DNA of 57,563 bases from Octopus sinensis (lineage: Eukaryota): assembly GCF_006345805.1 (NCBI RefSeq), contig NW_021833594.1:1-57563 (forward strand), read 5' to 3'. How positions within the stretch are numbered: position 1 is the first letter of the stretch; each line of letters begins with the position of its first letter. A program made the position numbers and the translations under genes. Positions 40,595-50,679 of this stretch are shown here, one piece after another. The notes under the pieces were generated by a model, which saw only the letters and a program-made list of their open reading frames with translations, was not told where the DNA came from and searched no databases.

Positions 40595-40780
40595 TCATGC
40601 GGGAGTGTTCCTTGCATTTTCTTTCATGATCGCTTTGATGATGGCGTCTTGATCAACATACTCGAATATGTGTGGAGCATTCATTAGAATGCCAACAGTT
40701 CCACCGAATGTCACTGCTAGAAAGATATATAATAGCAGACGATCCAAGACCATGGCAATGTACTTCCAGTCATCTAATAC
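40595..40780 (-). CDS. nAChRbeta1-like: Nicotinic acetylcholine receptor beta-type subunit, last coding exon (MA end, M4, C-terminus)
   Basis: TTTCAG acceptor at 40781-40786, phase 0; VLDDWKYIAMVLDRLLLYIFLAVTFGGTVGILMNAPHIFEYVDQD...* closely matches the insect nAChR beta1 C-terminus; TGA at 40595-40597. Confidence 0.95.
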   Translation of the reverse strand, partial: VLDDWKYIAMVLDRLLLYIFLAVTFGGTVGILMNAPHIFEYVDQDAIIKAIMKENARNTPA

Positions 40781-40869
40781 CTGAAAGATAAATGGGAAAC
40801 AGAAGGTAAGAAGGAGAAAATGACTTACATGTACATAAATATGTATAACTGCATATATATATATAACGA

Positions 40870-41248
40870 ATCTGGCCCCCGTGCCGGTGGCACGTAAAAA
40901 GCACCATCCATCCGTGGCCGTTTGCCAGCCTTGCCTTGCCCCTGTGCCGGTGGCACGTAAAAAGCACCATCCATCCATGGCCGTTTGCCAGCCTTGCCTT
41001 GCCCCTGTGCTGGTGGCACGTAAAAAGCACCATCCGTCCGTGGCCGTTTGCCAGCTCCGTCTGGCACATGTGCGGGTGGCACCCAATACATTCACGGAGT
41101 GGTTGGCATTAGGAAGGGCATCCAGCCATAGAAACACTGCCAGATCAGACTGGGCCTGATGCAGCCTTCTGGCTTCACAGACCCCAGTTGAACCATCCAA
41201 CCCATGCTAGCATGGAAAGCGGACGCTAAACGATGATGATGATGATGA
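40870..41248 (+). mobile_element. RTE LINE 3' UTR fragment with tandem ~55-bp units and (GAT)n tail
   Basis: Matches 33030-33322. Confidence 0.88.
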
Positions 41249-41293
41249 AATCTCTGAACGAGGTATATTGCTTGTTGACACTTTTTCAAGATA

Positions 41294-41560
41294 CTGGAAA
41301 AAGGATATATGTATTTGCATTGAGACCCTTCCATCGAAAACAGTGATTGTCGTGCGCTGATGATGGGTCAATACCTAGAAACTGCAGTCCGTGCGTATCA
41401 CTTAGGTTGACGAGGGAAGGATAACTTCCCTTTGCAAATACCGATAGGGCATAGAAAGTGTGTCAATAGCCAGCTGGAGAAGATGTTCTCCTGGGGCTAC
41501 AAGCTACAGTTACATCCACCCTTAGTGGTTAGCCATATTTAGATGGCAAATATACTTCAC
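41294..41560 (+). mobile_element. ~260-bp hammerhead-bearing repeat, copy 1
   Basis: Direct repeat of 41938-42195 (roughly 70% identical by eye); ends TTCAC then (AT)n. Confidence 0.8.
41342..41402 (+). ncRNA. Type I hammerhead ribozyme (predicted GUC cleavage after 41389)
   Basis: Distal stem AGTGAT/ATCACT; TGT/T internal loop; stem I CGTGCG/CGTGCG (2 GU pairs); CTGATGA 41357-41363; stem II TGGGT-CAAT-ACCTA; GAAA 41378-41381; stem III palindrome ACTGCAGT; GTC 41387-41389. Confidence 0.75.
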
Positions 41561-41702
41561 ATATATATATATACAGATATATATATATATATATATACAC
41601 ACACATATATATATATATATATAGGCAATAATTTAGCTCTGCATTGGCAAGACTTGAAAAAATATAGAAAAGAGTGAAAAGGATACAGTGAACATGCCAT
41701 AA

Positions 41703-41923
41703 GGAGTGGACTATCCAACATTTCAGATGTAAACCTTCGTTAGGGGACAAAGAACAAGAGAAGAAAAAAAGAAAAAAGTCAAATAGAATTTACATCCTCT
41801 AAGCTTAAAAAACTGGCTACAACTCAAGCTGAGAGGATGTAAACTCTGTTGACTTCTTTTTCTTTTCTGTTTTCCCTGCCCCCTGACAAAGGATTGAATC
41901 CGAAACGTTGGATATTCCACTCC
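41703..41923. mobile_element. Fold-back element with minimal hammerhead-like motifs at both tips
   Basis: ~100-bp imperfect arms; right arm CTGACAA-A-GGAT-TGA-ATCC-GAAACGTT (41883-41909); left arm CTAACGA..GAAATGTT on the - strand. Confidence 0.65.
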
Positions 41924-41937
41924 TCATAGTAAGTTCA

Positions 41938-42195
41938 CTGGAAAAAGTATGTATATTTGCATTGAGAACCACTACCCATTACCAACCAGTGGTTGTCACA
42001 TGCTGATGATGGGTCAGTACCCAGAAACTCGGTTCCATGTGTACCATGTCAGGCTGGAGATGGGAACGATGAATTCTGATAGGGCACAGATAGTGTGTCA
42101 ATAGCCAGCTGGAGGAGATGTCTTCCTGGGGCTACAAGCTACAGTAGCATTGACCCTTAAGGGTTAGCCACATTTAGGTGACAAATATATTTCAC
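41938..42195 (+). mobile_element. ~260-bp hammerhead-bearing repeat, copy 2
   Basis: Direct repeat of 41294-41560; followed by a (TG)/(TA) tract. Confidence 0.8.
41989..42047 (+). ncRNA. Type I hammerhead ribozyme (predicted UUC cleavage after 42035; stem III damaged)
   Basis: Distal GTGGT/ACCAT; TGT/T loop; stem I CACATG/CATGTG; CTGATGA 42003-42009; stem II TGGGT-CAGT-ACCCA; GAAA 42024-42027. Confidence 0.65.
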
Positions 42196-42509
42196 TATGT
42201 GTGTGTGTGTATATATATAATTATTATTTGAGAGAATATTAATCCTAACTTACAGGGAAAAAATTCAAATTAGAATTATTCTATTTATTATATACGTTTT
42301 TATTATTTTTTTGCAATTTACTTAATCATTGGTATTTTATTGTTATTTTAATTTTAATATTTCTATTATATGTAATTTTCTAGATGGTGTAATTTAATTG
42401 TTCATTTTGAATTGATAAAAGGTGGTTCTTTCAAATTTATATATAAACATATATACATACACACACACAAACACATGCTCAATTATAAAACACAGGCATG
42501 CATCAACAA

Positions 42510-42900
42510 GTGTGAAGACATGTGGCTTGGTTGTTAGGATATTCAGTTCACAATCATAAGATCCTGAGTTCAATTCCCAACTTAGCATTGAGTCCTTGAG
42601 CAAGATACTTTATTTTACATTGCTCTAGTCCACTCAGCTGGCAAAAAATGAATTGTACCTGTATTTCAAAGAGGCCAGATTTGTCACACTCTGTGCCACA
42701 CTGAGCTTCCTTGTGAACTAAGTTAAGGGTACATGTGTCTGTGGAGTACTCAGCCATTTACATGTTAATTTCATGAGCAGCGGCGGTGCCCCAGTATGGC
42801 TGCGGCCTTCGGGCTAAAACATTTTTTTTTAAGGATTTAAGGCTGTTCCTTTGAGTGGTGGATCAATTGAAACCCTTGCCGTTGTAACTGACAAAGTACC
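42510..42900 (+). mobile_element. SINE family C (diverged), with an inserted ~60-bp family-A-like tail at 42781-42840
   Basis: tRNA-like head, CORE-like CCTTGAGCAAGATAC, 3' part homologous to 48060-48245. Confidence 0.65.
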
Positions 42901-43249
42901 ATCTTGACTACCATGGCCAGACATGAGCAAAAAAAAATAAAGTTCCTTCCTGTATCATACAGACTCATAGAGCTAGTTTCTGGGTTTCCATGGAGTATAT
43001 ATTCTCCATACCCTGGCCAGAACACCAGTTCGTTGCACTGCAGCAAAGCGATTAGAAGTGCTTGCTTAAGAACACAATGCATTGCCCGATAGAGGTATCA
43101 AAGCCACAAGCTTACCATCATGAGTCCAGCAACCTAACCACTAAGACATGTGCCTCCACCTAGACACGTATGTGACTTACATCAAAAAATGATGGAACAC
43201 ACAAAAAATGCATTTTAGAAATTCTATTGTCTCCTTTAATAAAGGATTT

Positions 43250-43490
43250 GTGGGACGTACAAAGCACCATCCAATCATAGCCGTTTGCCAGCCTCGTCTG
43301 GCACCTGTGCTGGTGGCACATAAAGAGCACCCACTACACTCACAGAGTGGTTGGCGTTAGGAAGGGCATCCAGCCATAGAAACATTGCCAGATCAGTCTG
43401 GGCCTGGTGCAGCCTTCTGGCTTCCCAGACCCCAGTTGAACCGTCCAACCCATGCTAGCATGGAAAGCGGACGCTAAACGATGATAATGA
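43250..43490 (+). mobile_element. RTE LINE 3' end fragment
   Basis: Matches 33100-33322; GAT tail. Confidence 0.85.
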
Positions 43491-43855
43491 TGCATTCTTA
43501 GAAGTCTTTTATTTGATTTTCCAATATTGTGTACATGCTTTGGTATTTTTATAATGTTTATGCTACTAGACATAATTCCTAAGACTGACACAAAGTTAGA
43601 AACATTAAAAAAACAATGTACAATCACAAAAGATGTAACTCAAAACAGCATAAACTGAGGTAACAAACGATTAACTGAATGAACACACATACATATATAA
43701 TATTAATAAAATTCAGGATATATATCAAGGTATATTATTCTTTATAAAACATACACATATTTCATTAAATTAACTGTTCATTACAGCATTACATAATCCT
43801 ATTAAAACCTCCTCAGTGTTTAGCAAAAAATACAAAAACTGGTGTTGAGTGCTCA

Positions 43856-43888
<33 letters not shown>

Positions 43889-43907
43889 ATATATATGTAT
43901 ATATATG

Positions 43908-43943
<36 letters not shown>

Positions 43944-43954
43944 TATGTGTGTGT

Positions 43955-44423
43955 ATGGTTGTGTGGTGAGTAGCTTGCTTACCAACCACATGGTTCCAGG
44001 TTCAGTCCCACTGTGTGGGACCATCAACAAGTGTCTTCTAATAGAGCTTTGGGCCGACCAAAGCCTTGTAAGTGGATTTGGTAGACAGAAACTGAAAGAA
44101 GCCCGTCGTATATATGTACATGTGTGTGAGTGTCTGTGTTTGTCCCCACCAACATCGCTGGGTATAAACCTGAACTTGTAATCTTGTATGCACATATGTA
44201 TGTATATACTCTTCACTCTTTTACTTGTTTCAGTCATTTGACTGCGGCCATGCTGGAGCACCGCCTTTAGTCGAGCAAATCGACCCCGGCACTTATTCTT
44301 TTCTAAGCCCGGTACTTATTCTATCAGTCTCTTTTGCCGAACCGCTAAGTGACGGGGACGTAAACACACCAGCATCGGTTGTCAAGCAATGCTAGGGGGA
44401 CAAACACAGACACACAAGCACAT

Positions 44424-44466
<43 letters not shown>

Positions 44467-44600
44467 TACGACAGGCTTCTTTCAGTTTCCGTCTACCAAA
44501 TCCACTCACAAGGCATTGGTCGGCCCGGGTCTATAGCAGAAGACACATGCCCAAGATGCCACGCAGTGGGACTGAACCCGAAACCATTTGGCTGGTTAGC
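43955..44600. mobile_element. Adjacent inverted pair of SINE A copies (+ 43955-44160; - 44213-44600)
   Basis: Family A motifs in opposite orientations. Confidence 0.85.
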
Positions 44601-44646
44601 CTAGTGTGTAAAAATTTAGTCAATAGACTATATATTATTCATATAA

Positions 44647-44822
44647 ATACAGTGTACATTTAAACATAAGAGGTACCCATCAAAGGATTCCTTGCATGCT
44701 AGAGAGGTCAGTTAAATTCCAAACTACTTATCCCTAATAGTGGTTTCGAATTTAACTATCCTCTCTAGTGTGCAAAGAATCCTATGATGAGTACGTCTTG
44801 TGTGTTGAAATGTACACTGTAT
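44647..44822. mobile_element. ~175-bp fold-back MITE-like element
   Basis: ATACAGTGTACATTT...GCTAGAGAGG / CCTCTCTAGT...AAATGTACACTGTAT imperfect inverted arms. Confidence 0.7.
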
Positions 44823-45069
44823 CTATATATCGTTTAATGTATATAGTATAACGATATGAGCTGCCAACAGTTTCTTACATTGGAGACAAAAAGCATTTTG
44901 CGAAAAGCTGCTTAGACCCATGTCTCCAATGCAAAAAACTATAAGTAGCTTGAATCTTTATACTGTGTACATTATATGATATTCATTTCTCACTGGGTGG
45001 AGTAGTTGTTTGTTTTTGTTGATCTTACCATAATGTAACACTAAACTATATGTAGTTGTGTGTGTGTAT

Positions 45070-45112
<43 letters not shown>

Positions 45113-45119
45113 ATATATA

Positions 45120-45215
<96 letters not shown>

Positions 45216-45217
45216 TA

Positions 45218-45249
<32 letters not shown>

Positions 45250-45419
45250 AGACAAACAAACAGACATCGATAAATAGATAAATATGAATATAAATAGATA
45301 TTCATTATAAACATATATATATAGAGACAGATAGGTACGTACATACATACTTCAGATAAGATCATTATAAAAAAAGAAAAAAAAATGGAAAATAGTAATG
45401 AGTATGAGAAAGTACTCAC

Positions 45420-46416
45420 AGATTCATACTCATCTTCATTTTTTAAATGCTGTGTAATAAACTTCACAGCCTCTGATGCACGTATAATGTGTGGTGTCAT
45501 CGAAAATTGTTCAACATTATCAGGCTCTCTCCGGATATAATCTGTGGAGGTAGATTTGGAGTTGAGCTTGCAGTTTGGGTGATGAATTTCGTGCAACTCC
45601 AGTAAGTCTGCACGTCTTGCCGCTGCAGCAGAGTAATGTCGTGGCTGCTCAGGAACGGTCACCTCTTCCACCTGAGGTTGACTCTTCTTTTTACTTTGCC
45701 AGCGATCGTCGTGGTCTGGCCGTTCCATGAATAAAATTTTTGGAAGATAATAAAGAAAGACAACACGTATCCAGGTTGGCATTTTGTGCGTGCGTGGTGT
45801 GCGGTAATTTCTGTTTATAATGATAACGGTTAGAACGATGGCAAAAATATTCATGATGAAAGTGAAAAGGAGATACTTGGCAATAAGAGGAATAGTCAGA
45901 GAAGGGGGTAAAATTTTGGAAACCAACAGTAAAAATACAACCAGGGCCAGTAAAATGGATATACAAAGTGTCATCTTTTCTCCAGCGTCTGCAGGAAGTG
46001 CAAACACACATACACTAACAAAAGATATAAGAACGCAGGGTATGATCAAGTTGACAGTATAGAACAATGTCTTTCGGCGAAGAATCAAAGTGAACACAAC
46101 TAAGGTCTTTTTCACGCCGGTCTCCTTCTCAGTGATAGTCGACACTTTACCGGGGCAATCAACAATATCCCAGGTACCGCTGGCGAGGTAATCCGTAAAA
46201 TCCAGTTTGTCACCCTGCTTCCATATAAATGTCAACTGGTCTCCATTGAACGTCCATGAACCAAACTTCATCTCACAGCTTTGCTGGTCAAATGGAAAAT
46301 ATTCTACATCTATTGTGCAAGAACTTTGGTAAATAGCAGGAGGAATCCAAGTTACATTGCTCATATTATCAATTACAGCATTTGGTTTGTATGAAACTTC
46401 ATAGTTGCCATCAGCA
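45420..46416 (-). CDS. nAChRbeta1-like: nAChR beta-type subunit, 997-nt exon (loops E/B/F/C, Cys-loop, M1-M3, cytoplasmic loop)
   Basis: TTGTCTTGTAG acceptor (AG 46418-46417, phase 2); GTGAGT donor 45419-45414 (phase 0); ADGNYEV, Cys-loop CTIDVEYFPFDQQSC, GSWTFNG, RRKTLFYTVNLIIP, M2 GEKMTLCISILLALVVFLLLVSK; no vicinal Cys pair in loop C, so non-alpha. Confidence 0.97.
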
Positions 46417-46499
46417 CTACAAGACAAGAAAGAAATAGAAACAGTGGCATTTTTAATAAGAAACAATATATCTTTTAAAACAAGTGCATGAAGACTTAA

Positions 46500-46719
46500 C
46501 CCCTTCATTACTGTATTTATTTTCAGATGCTCTTTGTTTCTTTCAATTACTTTAAATATAACAAAGAATTTAGTAAAATATCTTAGTTATCATTCAGCTA
46601 GTATTAGGAACATAAATTGTGACTAAGGTTTGGTGGAAGATTTTAATTCAAAACTTGTGAAAATAAGACATTTGTACTCAGAGCCAGAGCCGGTTTAGGC
46701 CAGGTTGGTAATGAAAGGG
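46500..46719. mobile_element. piggyBac-type MITE (220 bp)
   Basis: TTAA on both sides (46496-46499, 46720-46723); TIRs CCCCTTCATTAC / GTAATGAAAGGG. Confidence 0.8.
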
Positions 46720-47184
46720 TTAAATGAATGGATAATGTCTGTGATAGATTCTTCAAAAGATCATTGTGCCTAAATTCTTGGATATTAGCAGGAAAACATG
46801 GAATATGTGGAAAGGGGAAGAAAGTAAGAAAGAAAGGGAGAAAAGGTAAGTAGATAGACAGATAGATGCATGTTGTTGAAATAATATAAAACGAAACATC
46901 AAATATCAATTGATTTTTTACATAAAAGAAGCAAAATATAACATTATGGAATTTAATAGTTAATTATACATTTGTCTTGAATTTTACCCTTTTTTTCACA
47001 AAATTACAACTTCATGAAATTTGAGTAAATTTAACCAGACTTTTGGAACAAATTTGCTAACAATAACAATGAGAAAAATCTTCATTGTTGCTTCTAAAAC
47101 TGGAAAAGCTCACAAGAATTTGAATAAAATCCATACTTTAGTCTCCATTCTTTCCTTAGATGACACAAAAAAATAAAATTTTCA

Positions 47185-47720
47185 AACTACATGACTGTGT
47201 GACCAAGGCACAACACGAGGATATATTTTGGCAGAGAGGATTTGAAGAAGCAACAAAATGGTATTAATATCAACCAGATATTGTAACAGAATAACCAGTA
47301 TAAGGTTTCATGGGGTTTTGCTATATAGACTGATCGTAAAATTCATGCCTGATGACCAGTTGTTATGGTTCTGGACAAGAGGAAGAGAGGGTGTATCAAC
47401 CGAGATGTGGCTCTGTCTGCAGACAAGAAGGTTGCAGTCAAAGAACAGGAGGAAATAAGAAAATACCAGGATTCAGTTAGGGAAATATGAAGACTACAGA
47501 GGATTTCTACCAAAGTAATCCCAGTTGTCATAGGTGCCCTAAGTACTTATTGAGACTAATGTAACTATAAGAGTTGTATAGATTCAGAAATCTGCTCGTT
47601 TGGGAACATAAAGGGATTGGAAGAAAGAGCCTCGGTATATATGGAAACTGGTTGTGACCTAATATCAAAGACATTGGTTCCAAATATAAAACATTAGTGG
47701 CACACCATGAATAATGATAA
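47185..47720 (+). mobile_element. R4/Dong-clade non-LTR retrotransposon 3' relic (restriction-like endonuclease region)
   Basis: LHDCV..., KWY..QP, W.F.I.TDR.IHA.RP, LDKRKRGC..RDVALSADKKVAVKEQEEIRKYQD..REI.RL...TKVIPVVIGALS; ends in (TAA)n-like repeats. Confidence 0.75.
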
Positions 47721-47945
47721 TAATAATCCTTTCTATCAATAGGCACAAAGCCTGAAATTTCAGGTGAGGAGTTAAGTCAATTTCATCAACCCCAGTACTC
47801 AACTGGTCCTTAATTTATTGACCCCGAAAGGATGAAAGGCAAAGCTGACCTTGGTGGAATTTGAACTTGCAATGTAGCAGCAGACAAAATACCACTAAGA
47901 ATTTTGCCAAGCATGCTAACGATTCTGCCAATTTGCCACCTTTAC
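47715..47945 (-). mobile_element. SINE family B with (ATT)n tail
   Basis: Family motifs. Confidence 0.75.
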
Positions 47946-47964
47946 AATGATAATAATTTCATGA

Positions 47965-48490
47965 GGCTAAACATCTCTGAAAGTTTCATCCGAATTCATC
48001 CTGCAGTTCTTGAGATATCTCTGCAGACAAACAAACAAACAAACATGACTGAAAACAATTAGGGAAGCACTCCATCGGTTACGACGATGAGGGTTCCGGT
48101 TGGTCCGATCAACGGAACAGCCTGCTCGTGAAATTAACGTGTAAGTGGCTGAGCACTCCACAGACACGTGTACCCTTAACTTAGTTCTCGGGGATATTCA
48201 GCGTGACACAAAGAGTGACAAGGCCAGCCCTTTGAAATACAGGTACAACAGAAACAGGAAGTAAGAGTGAGAGAAAGTTGTGGTGAAAGAGTACAGCAGG
48301 GATCACCACCATCCTCTGCTGGAGCCTCATGGAGTTTTTAGGTGTTTTCGCTCAATAAACACTCACAACGCCCGGTCTGGGAATCGAAACCGTGATCCTA
48401 CGACTGCGAGTCCGCTGCCCTAACCACTGGGCCATTGCGCCTCCACTACTGAAAACAATACCTTCACCATCGATAAGGCGAAGATGATGA
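47965..48490 (+). mobile_element. Helentron/DINE-1-like non-autonomous 3' fragment interrupted by SINE C
   Basis: AAGTTTCATCC...GTTCTTGAGATA...(CAAA)n...AAAACAATACCTTCACC-ATCGATAA-GGCGAAG terminal hairpin; family assignment by recall. Confidence 0.5.
48060..48447 (-). mobile_element. SINE family C, full length (388 bp), perfect 12-bp TSD
   Basis: TSD ACTGAAAACAAT at 48048-48059 and 48448-48459; tRNA-like head GGCGCAATGGCCCAGTGGTTAGGGCAGCGGACTCGCAGTCGTAGGATCACGGTTTCGATTCC. Confidence 0.9.
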
Positions 48491-48559
48491 TAATAACAAT
48501 AATAATAATAATAATGATTTCAAATTTTTGCCACAAGTGCAACTTGGGGGAGGGGATTA

Positions 48560-48790
48560 AGAAATACCTATTTCTTTACTACCCACAAGGGGCTAAACAC
48601 AGAGAGGACAAACAAGGACAGACAAACGGATTAAGTTGATTATATCGACCCAGTGTGTAACTGGTACTTAATTTATCGACCCCGAAAGACAGAAAGGCAA
48701 AGTCGACCTCGGCGGAATTTGAACTCAGAACATAACGGCAGACAAAATACCGCTAAGCCTATCGCTAATTAGCCAGTGTGCTAATGATTC
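48560..48790 (-). mobile_element. SINE family B carrying the concatemer junction
   Basis: AAAGAAATA|GGTATTTC at 48568/48569. Confidence 0.8.
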
Positions 48791-49371
48791 TGCCAGCTTG
48801 CCACCTTGACAATAATGATAATAATAATAATAATAATAATAATAAGTAGTCGTTTCTAATTTAAGATGAAGTCCAGCAATTTTGAAGAGAGTGGTTTGTA
48901 GATATCTTTGACCCTAGTGCTTGACAGGTCTTATTCTATTGAAATTAGAAGGATGAGAGGTAAAGATATACTTGGAGTGCTTTCAGCTCGGAAAGGAGAA
49001 AGCCAGAACACCTACACAGCAGTAAACACACACATAGACGCACTTTCACAACATGCTACACAGGTATACACACTACACACATACATGCATTTTTGTATAT
49101 TACCTCCCTTGACTTGATGAAACACACATACAAACATACATATGCATACAACACAAGCACTCTTTCATCCATTATCCCCCTTGATAGTACAGCTACTCTT
49201 TTGAATGAAAAACACCATTCTATTCGACTTAATGTTATCCTTCATCTTGCACTACTTTGTGAAAGACAGCAGGATTTGAAAACATAGCGATAATATTGGA
49301 ATGCCTACACTATATACTATGTAAACTTGTATGCCAGACAATTCAATATTCACCCTGCAGTATTTATTGTC

Positions 49372-49684
49372 AAACTAGCTGTATCGCCCGGCGTTGCTCG
49401 GGTTTGTAAGGGAAATAAGTATATAAGCATTTTTAGAGAGTTACTTCCCTTATATAACCCGAGCAAAAATCATTAAAAGTGCGGAAAAATTATGGCAAAT
49501 TTTTTTTTAAATCGTAGACTCATCGTAGATGCGTGCTAATACCCAGAAGGGCTCGATATGAATGATGACTATAAGATACCCGCTTTTGGTTAAACTGCAC
49601 CGCAAAATGTGGGAGTAGTTAGGAATCTAAATCGGAGGAGACAGAGTCTCACACACACACAACTTCAATTTTATATATAAAGAT
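49372..49684 (+). mobile_element. Non-autonomous Helitron/Helentron-like element (Lep1/HINE-like, ~310 bp)
   Basis: 5' AAACTAGC..CCCGGCGTTGCTCGGG hairpin; 3' (CA)n then ACTTCAATTTTATATATAAAGAT; layout matches my recall of Lep1-type elements. Confidence 0.6.
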
Positions 49685-49829
49685 ATTGCTTCAACAGAAC
49701 AGAACTCACTTTTCTTTCTTCTCGTCCCTTTTTTTCTTATTTTACAGTTCAAAATATTGAGCTCACTTTTCTTTCTTCCCTACAGCATAAAATTAATTGC
49801 CTTGAACAGATATTTTCTTTCTTCCTTTA

Positions 49830-50350
49830 TGCTGTTTTGTATTATTTTTATACTGTTATATAATTCTCTTTCATGCTGTTTGAAGCAGTTTTTAATTCTG
49901 TTTTATTTTGCTTATCTATGCTGTTTTTAACAGTTTTAAATTCTACTTTAATGTCAGTTTTTGTTTTGTACTATTTTTATACTGTTATATAATTCTCTTT
50001 CATGCTGTTCGAAGCAGTTTTTGATTGTTTTTTTTGCTTATCTATGCTGTTTTTAAGTTTTAAATTCTACTTTAATGTCAGTTTTTGTTTTGTACTATTT
50101 TTATACTATTATATAATTCTCTTTCATGCTGTTTGAAGCAGTTTTTAATTCTGTTTTTTTTTCCTTATCTATGCTGTTTTTAACAGTTTTAAATTATATT
50201 TTAATGTCAGTTTTTGTTTTGTACTATTTTTATACTGTTATATAATTCTCTTTCATGCTGTTTGAAGCAGTTTTTAATTGTTTTTTTTTTTTGCTTTTCT
50301 ATGCTGTTTTTAAGTTTTAAATTGTACTTTAATGTCAGTTTTGTTTTATT
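49830..50350. repeat. AT-rich tandem repeat, ~4 copies of 124-129 bp
   Basis: TATACT(G/A)TTATATAATTCTCTTTCATGCTG recurs at 49849, 49978, 50102 and 50231. Confidence 0.9.
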
Positions 50351-50679
50351 TTGTTATTATTAATCCAGTTTTTAAATCTGCTCCATTATTTTCAGTCTGT
50401 TTTAAACTGTTTTCTAATTCTAGTATTTACATTTATGTTGTTTCTAATTGTGCTTTTATGAGGTTTTTATGTTGTTTTAAATGGATTTCATGCTGTTTTT
50501 ATGCTATTTCAATACCACTTTTAATGCTATTATTATTATTATCAGGGTGGCAAGCTGGCAGAATTATTAGCACACTGGGTGAAAGGCTTAGCAGTATTTT
50601 AATGCTGTTTTTAATTATACTTTATGCTATTTTAATACAGTTTTTAATTCTATGCTTATCTGTTTTTATATTTGTATAT

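Noticed and set aside
45126-46508. 460-aa ORF as a single-exon gene
   Set aside because: Both ends run into introns (N-terminus into a MITE and pyrimidine tract, C-terminus into (TA)n); canonical splice sites delimit 46416-45420.
47349-47380. Hammerhead core CTGATGA with CCAG/CTGG stem
   Set aside because: No GAAA follows, and it lies within decayed LINE endonuclease coding sequence.
48370-48447. tRNA gene
   Set aside because: It is a SINE head: continues into a repeat body, is bounded by a TSD, and lacks a proper acceptor stem and Pol III terminator.
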